Shown: positions 55,113 through 64,000 of the stretch, in pieces
Layout: each line of letters begins with the position of its first letter
How positions within the stretch are numbered: the stretch's first letter is position 1
Source: Octopus vulgaris
Lineage: Eukaryota
Reading direction: 5' to 3'
DNA: 64,000 nt
NCBI GenBank assembly: GCA_951406725.2
Contig: OX597818.1
Span: forward strand, 137,826,001 to 137,890,000
Made by a program: the position numbers and the translations under genes
Notes under the pieces: model-generated
Told to the model about the DNA's origin: nothing
What the model saw: the letters and a program-made list of their open reading frames with translations, nothing else
Databases searched by the model: none

Positions 55113-55647
55113 TTCGACTTTTCCTACCCAAATTATTAATCTAATAATTACTTGGTGATATTGGTAGCTTTATGCACTCCGAGTTTTACAGTTGGAAGCA
55201 AATTACTTCACGTTCCCTCGACGTTTCTAAATTCTTAAGATGTAAATAACATATATGTGTATAAATATGTATGCATACATAACACTCATACATACATGTG
55301 TGTGTATGTGCGTCCTTGTGTGTGTGTATATGTGTATACATACATATGTTTATAATTGCATGACTCTTGAATAGTAAAAGACCGTTACACTGCACCACTG
55401 AACGCATGTAACCGTGAAGAAAAAAACATACATGCAATCAATACAATAACATAACAATACAATAGTCAACAATACATTTTACGCTTCACTGATTTTTGCA
55501 ACATTTTTCTGCCGCTTAACCTATTTACAAAACCACTGCCATGAAGGATCCTTTTACCAAACATCTGTTCTCATTAACGGATCAAAAGGATTCATAGAAC
55601 ATGAAGAATTTCATCTGCCGAGGAACAATGAGAAAATAAATAGATAA

Positions 55648-56064
55648 TGGCGCAGGAGTGGCTGTGTGGTAAGTAGCTTGCTAACCAACCACATGGTTCC
55701 GGGTTCAGTCCCACTGCGTGACATCTTGGGCAAGTGTCTTCTGCTATAGCCCCGGGCCGACCAAAGCCTTGTGAGTGGATTTGGTAGACGGAAACTGAAA
55801 GAAGCCTGTCGTATATATGTACATATATATATATATGTGTGTGTGTATGTGCTTGTGTGTCTGTGTTTGTCCCCCTAGCATTGCTTGACAACCGATGCTG
55901 GTGTGTTTACGTCCCCGTCACTTAGCGTTTCGGCAAAAGAGACCGATAGGATAAGTACTGGGCTTGCAAAAGAATAAGTCTCGGGGTCGAGTTGCTCGAC
56001 TAAAAGCCGGTGCTCCAGCATGGCCGCAGTCAAATGACTGAAACGAGTAAAAGAGTAAAAGAGT
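55648..56064 (+). mobile_element. SINE family A
   Basis: Family A consensus; TAATGG at both ends. Confidence 0.92.
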
Positions 56065-56295
56065 AATGGTATTTATTCTTATTATGCTATTTCTAATATT
56101 GTAATTGATAAATTAGACTTTTTTTAAACAATTTTCTTCTTTGGTTTTCTCTGCTCTTCTCTCAGTCTCGCAGTTAATTTCTTTCCTACATTAAATCTTT
56201 TTTCCCTGCTGAGTTTCCTATCAGAAACCCAGTCACTGACTCTCTCTCTCTCTCTCTCTCTCTCCCTCTCTCTCTGTGCATATATATGTGTGTGT

Positions 56296-56356
<61 letters not shown>

Positions 56357-56363
<7 letters not shown>

Positions 56364-56790
56364 ACTGGACGACATTCTACCTGCTCCCCTGTCGTTCACA
56401 AAAAATTCTGCGTTTGCAATACTTTTATCGTTCGGCGTCAACAGCCCTTCTTATCTTGTTTTTCCCTGTCCTGTCTTTTACTGTTTATATTTTTGTACTG
56501 TCGTTACTGTCCTGTTTTTTTACCATTTTTTTCCCCATTTTTTACCCCTCTGCGAAAAGATCTCAGAATTTTAATTGATTTGCTTTTCGCAGAAAGGAAA
56601 GTTTCTTGTCGAAGATACGTCTCGCTTTTATCCTTCGAAACGTAGAGTAGATGAAACCATAGCGACTGAAGAAGGGGTTTTTTCTTTGTGCTAATTGTCC
56701 TGTACTCCAAAAAATTGTCCAGTTCCTTTGGTTTGTGTCTATGTTTTTGTTTCTCTTTGTGTTCGACGTCCCTTTGGTGTCCTGTACTCA
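56357..56790. mobile_element. Interspersed repeat related to 27495-28125 and 51137-51430
   Basis: Shared TCGAAACG..GAGTA.AT.AAAC......CTGA(A/T)GAAGG motif and T-rich run ending CTGTAC.CATATATG. Confidence 0.5.
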
Positions 56791-56913
56791 TATATGCGTG
56801 TATATGTACATGTAGAGGTAGGTACGTACATATATGTTTATATATATGCATATGTTTTATTTCATTTATTAATATATATATATATATATAGATAGATATA
56901 TGCATACCTACGC

Positions 56914-56969
<56 letters not shown>

Positions 56970-57006
56970 ATGTATGTATGTATGTGTGTATGTATGTATC
57001 TATCTA

Positions 57007-57057
<51 letters not shown>

Positions 57058-57119
57058 CGTTTTAGAAAAACATAAATCTCTAGAAGCACACTCTAAGAAG
57101 TAGAGCAGTGTATATTTTT

Positions 57120-57328
57120 TCCTAGTAAAGGCCGGTTCATGGGGTTACTCTGGGTTTCCCGTCCATAAAGAGTTTCATTTTATGGCGTATTGTGAGACAC
57201 CAAGATCTGTTGACTTATGGAAGATGTCATACGCCAACAGGTCTTGGGGGTCTGACGATACGCCATAAAGTTAAACCCTTTATGGACAAAAAACCCAGGG
57301 TAACCCCAAAGATCGATCTTCACCAGGG

Positions 57329-57330
<2 letters not shown>
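57120..57330. repeat. ~210-bp imperfect palindrome (MITE-like or fold-back)
   Basis: GGGGTTACTCTGGGTTT...TTTATGGCGTATTGT...CCAAGATCTGTTG vs CAACAGGTCTTGG...GATACGCCATAAA...AAACCCAGGGTAACCCC; short central loop. Confidence 0.9.
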
Positions 57331-57382
<52 letters not shown>

Positions 57383-57489
57383 CAATAGGGTAATAAGAAA
57401 TTATTATTACCTGTGCCCTAGCACAAAAACGAATTAGTCATTAGACTATATAGTATTCACATAGAAATACAATAAGAGGCTTCGGGAAA

Positions 57490-57795
<306 letters not shown>

Positions 57796-57796
57796 G

Positions 57797-58159
57797 TGAC
57801 AGTGCATGGCTTAGTGGGTACAGCGTGCAATTCCATGGTCATTCATGAACGAAGGGGGTCTCCTCGTGAGGTTCTGAGTTCGATTCCCGGACAGGGCTGT
57901 GTGTAGTGTTCTTGAGCAAGACACTTTATTTTATGTTGCTCCAGTTCACTCAGCTCCAAAAATGAGTTGCGACATCGCTGCTGCCAAGTTGTATCAGCCT
58001 TTGCCTTTCCCTTGATAACATCAGTGGCGTGGAGAGGGGAGGCTGGTATGCATGGACGACTGCTGGCCTTCCACAAAAATCTTGCTCTGACTTGTGCCTC
58101 GGAGGGTAACTTTCTAGGTGCATTCCCATGGTCAGTCATGACCGAAGGGGGTCTCCTCC
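57797..58159 (+). mobile_element. CORE-like tRNA SINE with its 3' end duplicated inside the head
   Basis: GTTCGATTCCC B box, CTTGAGCAAGACACTT...CTCCAGTTCACTCAGC core; CCATGGTCA.TCATGA.CGAAGGGGGTCTCCTC at ~57833 and ~58127. Confidence 0.7.
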
Positions 58160-58164
58160 TATTA

Positions 58165-58352
58165 TTATAATTGTCTTTGGACAGCTTCTAACGCCAGAGA
58201 TGTACTACGGTGCCAGCTGTTCGAGCACCATCCGGAGTATTCCAGCGGTTACAAGCAGTGCTGTTTTCTACAAGTACTCCACCCTTATTGTACCCCCTAT
58301 TCGTTCTATGTACTTCTCAAGATTTTTACTCAGTTTCCAAGGCTGCGACACT
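58165..58352 (-). mobile_element. 3' fragment of another R4/Dong-type RLE retrotransposon
   Basis: Minus strand SKNLEKYIERIG.TIRVEYL*KTALLVTAGILRMVLE matches the RLE C-terminal QK..LLGTA.ILR motif; ends in an AAT tail. Confidence 0.7.
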
Positions 58353-58358
58353 TATTAG

Positions 58359-58429
<71 letters not shown>

Positions 58430-58435
58430 TTATTA

Positions 58436-58975
58436 TTGAGTGAGGGAGCAGTGTATTCCAACAAAGTGACACTGAGGTAAAATATATAAAGCCCAGTATA
58501 CCCATCATGACTACACGACTGATGAGGGTACACCAGGCATATGCATCACAACCACATGTGCGCGACATGGTGATCTCATATCAAGATAAACAGCGCATGA
58601 CTTTGCAGGTGTGGCCCAGTTAGAATTTTCTTGAGGTCGAGTAGCCCGTCCCACTCAAAAGGTCCCCGAATAAGTGTTGTTTAAGGATGTTGAACGAACC
58701 ACTCATGTTTCCAGAGGTGTATTATCCAAACCCCAAAGAATTCCTTTCAACACATGACTACGATGCTCCCCCACTACTTCTGCTCGTGCTTAGATATGCA
58801 CATGTCATCACCCACCAAAGTACATGCTCAACTGGTTAAGCAAATCTGTTGTACTGAGCAGAATATTTGCTGTAGCCCACCTTTTACACCAAGACAAAAC
58901 AATGTACATGATAACACTTTCAGTCAGTTGTGATTAGAAGCCATGGGAGCCACTGCCTGGTACTGCATCAGGTCA
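58436..58975 (-). mobile_element. Apparently non-coding retroposon sharing its 3' end with 19616-19787
   Basis: Direct homology; 3' end abuts (AAT)/(AGT)n, 5' end abuts (AGA)n. Confidence 0.75.
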
Positions 58976-58976
58976 T

Positions 58977-59189
58977 TTTCTTCTTCTCCGTCTTCTTCTT
59001 CTTCTTCTTCTTCTTCTTCATCTTCTTCTTCTTCTTCCTCTTCTCCTTCTTCTTCTTCTTCATCTCCTTCTTCTTCTCCTTCATCTTCTTCCACTTCTTC
59101 TTCTTCTTCATCTTCTTCATCTTTTTCATCTTCTTCTTCTTCTTCTTCTTCTTCTTCTTCTTCTTCTTCTTCTTCTTCTTCTTCTTTAA

Positions 59190-59232
<43 letters not shown>
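58977..59232. repeat. (TCT)n/(TCA)n microsatellite
   Basis: Visible directly; source of the poly-E/K/S/F ORFs. Confidence 0.97.
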
Positions 59233-59237
59233 GTTAT

Positions 59238-59490
59238 AAGGCGGTGCGCTGGCAGAATCTTTAGCGCGCCGGGGCAAAAATGTTTAGCGGCATTTTCATT
59301 CCGCCCCATGCCTTTTGAGTTCAAATTCTGCCGAGGTCGACTTCGCTTCTTCATCCTTCCACGGAGTGGAGGAGGTCGATAAAATAAATACCAGTGGAGT
59401 ACTGGTGGGTGGGGGGATCTATGTAAACGACTTAACTCCTCCTCCTCCTCCTCCAAGGTTTCGGGTCTTTTGCATTTAATAGAAAGGAAT
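59238..59490 (+). mobile_element. Diverged SINE family C
   Basis: AAGGCGG.GCGCTGGCAGAATC head, GAGTTCAAATTC.GCCGAGGTCGAC. Confidence 0.75.
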
Positions 59491-59764
59491 ATTGATTCTG
59501 TAATTCATTGTGGAAATGTTGCTGCTGCTGCTGCTGCCACTGTATTTGTTGTTGCTGTTTGTTGTGGTGATGGTGATGGTGACGATGATGAGGATGCAGA
59601 GAAAAATGATTGCATGGTTGTAACAGCAACAAAATAGAAGAACGGCAATTACATACAGAGTAACAATAACAACATTGATATTATGAATAGCAAGAAAACC
59701 AATAACGACCACATAAAACCAATAACGACTGCATGAATAAGAACAATGCAATAAAGACAGTAGT

Positions 59765-60155
59765 GGAGTGGAAGCACTCCGTCGGTTACGACGACGAGGG
59801 TTCCGGTTGATCCGAATCAACGGAACAACCTGCTCGTGAAATTAACGTGCAAGTGGCTGAGCACTCCACAGACACGTGCACCCTTAACGTAGTTCTCGGG
59901 GATATTCAGCGTGAAACAGAGAGTGACAAGGCCGGCCCCTTTGAAATACAGGTACAACAGAAACAGGAAGTAAGAGTGAGAGAAAGTTGTGGTGAAAGTG
60001 TACAGCAGGGATCAGCACCATCCCCTGCCGGAGCCTCGTGGAGCTTTTACGTGTTTTCGCTCGATAAACACTCACAACGCCCGGTCTGGGAATCGAAACC
60101 GCGATCCTATGACCGCGAGTCTGCTGCCCTAACCACTGGGCCATTGCGCCTCCAC
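59765..60155 (-). mobile_element. SINE family B (tail type 2), full length with TSD
   Basis: AAAGACAGTAGT flanks both ends (~59753 and ~60156). Confidence 0.92.
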
Positions 60156-60264
60156 AAAGACAGTAGTACTACAATAACGACGGCAACAGTAACATCAACG
60201 ATAAGAACAACAACGATGACAACAATAACAACAAGTGTAAGGACAATAACAACAACAATAAGAT

Positions 60265-60428
60265 AGGCGCAGGAGTGGCTGTGTGGTAAGTAGCTTTCTT
60301 ACCAATCACATGTTTCCTGGTTCAGTCCCACTGCGTGGCACCTTGGGCAAGTGTCTTCTACTATAGCCTTGGGCCGACCAAAGCCTTGTGAGTGGATTTG
60401 GTAGACGGAAACTGAAAGAAGCCCGTCT

Positions 60429-60471
<43 letters not shown>

Positions 60472-60744
60472 ATGTATGTGTGTGTGTGTGTGTGTGTGTG
60501 CGTGTTTGTGTGTCTGTGTCTGTCCCCCCAACATCGCTTGACAATCGATGCAGGTGTGTTTACGTCCCCGTAACTTAGCGGTAAGTAGCTTTCTTACCAA
60601 CCACATGGTTCTGGGTTCAGTCCCACTGCGTGGCACCTTGGGCAAGTGTCTTCTACTATAGTCTCAGGCCGACCAAAGCCTTGTGAGTGGATTTGGTAGA
60701 CGGAAACTGAAACTCGTCGTATATATGTATATATATATGTGTGT

Positions 60745-60829
<85 letters not shown>

Positions 60830-61047
60830 TGTGTCTGTGTCTGTCCCTCCAACATCGCTTGACAACCGATGCTGATATGTTTACGTCCTCGTAACTTTGC
60901 GGTTCGGCAAAAAGAGACCTATAGAATAAGTACTAGGCTTACAAAGAATAAGTCCTGGGGTCGATTTGCTCGACTAAAGGCGGGGCTCCAGCATGGCCAC
61001 AGTCAAATGACTGAAACAAGTGAAAGAGTAAAAGAGAGTAAAGAGTA
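60265..61047 (+). mobile_element. Fused tandem dimer of SINE family A
   Basis: First copy stops at ...AACTTAGCGGT (~60581) and continues directly into GGTAAGTAGC of a second head. Confidence 0.88.
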
Positions 61048-61059
61048 AAAAAGTCAACT

Positions 61060-61815
61060 CAGCAGCAGTAACAACAACAACAATAACAAAAGTAAAAAAT
61101 AATCGTGAGAATAACAACCACAAAAGAGCCGGAACAACAATCATAACAACAGGAACGGAAACAGCAGCAGCAGCGATGACGACAACAACAGCAGCAACAA
61201 CAACAATAGCAAACAACAGCAACAAAAGAGCCGGAACACCAGTCATGACAATAGCAACGAAAACAACAACAGCAGCAGCAGTAGCAGCAGCGATAGCAAC
61301 ATCAGCAGCAGCAGTCAGAGCAACAGCAACAACGCGTACAACAACAATGACAATATCTGTAAAAAAAAACAAAAACAAGATACAACAGAAATACTGACAA
61401 CAACAACAACTGCAACGACAACAACAACAGTAAAATTAAGAGAGGAATAGCCTGTACAATCCAAATAGCAACAATAATGATAACAGTGGCAAGAACAACA
61501 TCAATATCAACAACCACAAACACAACAACAAACAACAACAACTACAACCGCTGCTGATGCAATATGAACAACAATAACGCCAACAAATGTTACAAGAATA
61601 ACAAAAACAAAACCAGCGTCATTACCTGCAACAAAAACAACAACAACGTGAACAGAAACCACAACAAAAATTACAAAAATAGCATCCGTATTAAAAAAAG
61701 GTGAGGGCGCATAAAAACAACAACAACAACAACAGCAATAACAACAACAATAATAACAATAATAGTAATGTTAGAAAGAACTACAACAACAGTAACAATA
61801 ACAACAATCACACCA
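61060..61815. repeat. Degenerate (CAA/CAG)n tract
   Basis: Visible directly; internal duplicate CAAAAGAGCCGGAACA at ~61121 and ~61223. Confidence 0.85.
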
Positions 61816-62259
61816 GCGCTATCATAACATAATTCCATAAGGCTATTATTTAAGCGTCCTCCTATTCGCTTTGAAGTTCTCAAAAACATATTATTGCATT
61901 AGTCACGTGATGCGGCAGTAGTGCCATCAGATAGTATGTTGGTTGAGGGCTTGTTTCCCCCTTGTATTTGATTTGAGGTAAATAGCTTTTGATATCTTGT
62001 GACGAGTTAATTTTTAGAAATTTCTCCACATTTAACCTCCAAACGGTTCCTTTTGATGTGTCAACTTTCCTATCGCCCATCCACCCACTCTGCATATATC
62101 GACATCACAATCAACATCATCTTCTCCCCTTTTATTTTAACAACATGTCTTCATTTCTCCAGCTTGGTAAAAAAGAAAAATTTTTAGATTGGGAATTTGT
62201 AATTATAACGTGTATAATGTAGAGCACGTATTACTGAGCGTATGAATGAGTGGCAGTTT

Positions 62260-63950
<1,691 letters not shown>

Positions 63951-64000
63951 ATTTATCTAGTAATCTCTCTCCCTCTCCTTCTCCCGCTCCCCCTTTCTGT

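Noticed and set aside
58924-59456. Poly-E/D/K/S ORFs
   Set aside because: (TCT)n/(TCA)n microsatellite plus SINE sequence

Overview
Eukaryotic, repeat-saturated, gene-poor DNA. The SINE families and very high (TA)n/(TG)n/(ATAC)n/(AAT)n density suggest an octopus or other coleoid genome (inference from recalled families, not searched). No intact protein-coding gene is supportable, and nearly all track ORFs are microsatellite or satellite translations. The dominant feature is a 13.4-kb satellite of a quasi-palindromic 13-bp unit (6203-19615). It has ~1.6-2.4 kb higher-order repeats and nested strand inversions at perfect-palindrome junctions. Other content: a Penelope GIY-YIG remnant, R4/Dong-type RLE retrotransposon fragments stacked in (AAT)n tracts, decayed Tc1 (DD34E) and maT (DD37D) transposases, two non-autonomous Helitrons, about 30 tRNA-derived SINE copies in three families (several as inverted pairs), long DNA palindromes in TA tracts, a degenerate type I hammerhead ribozyme (~54.2 kb), two promoter-like CpG patches, a few exon-like relics (one kinase-like) and a 100-N scaffold gap. 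I cannot demonstrate a new biological system. The satellite architecture and the hammerhead/palindrome elements are the best candidates for follow-up.
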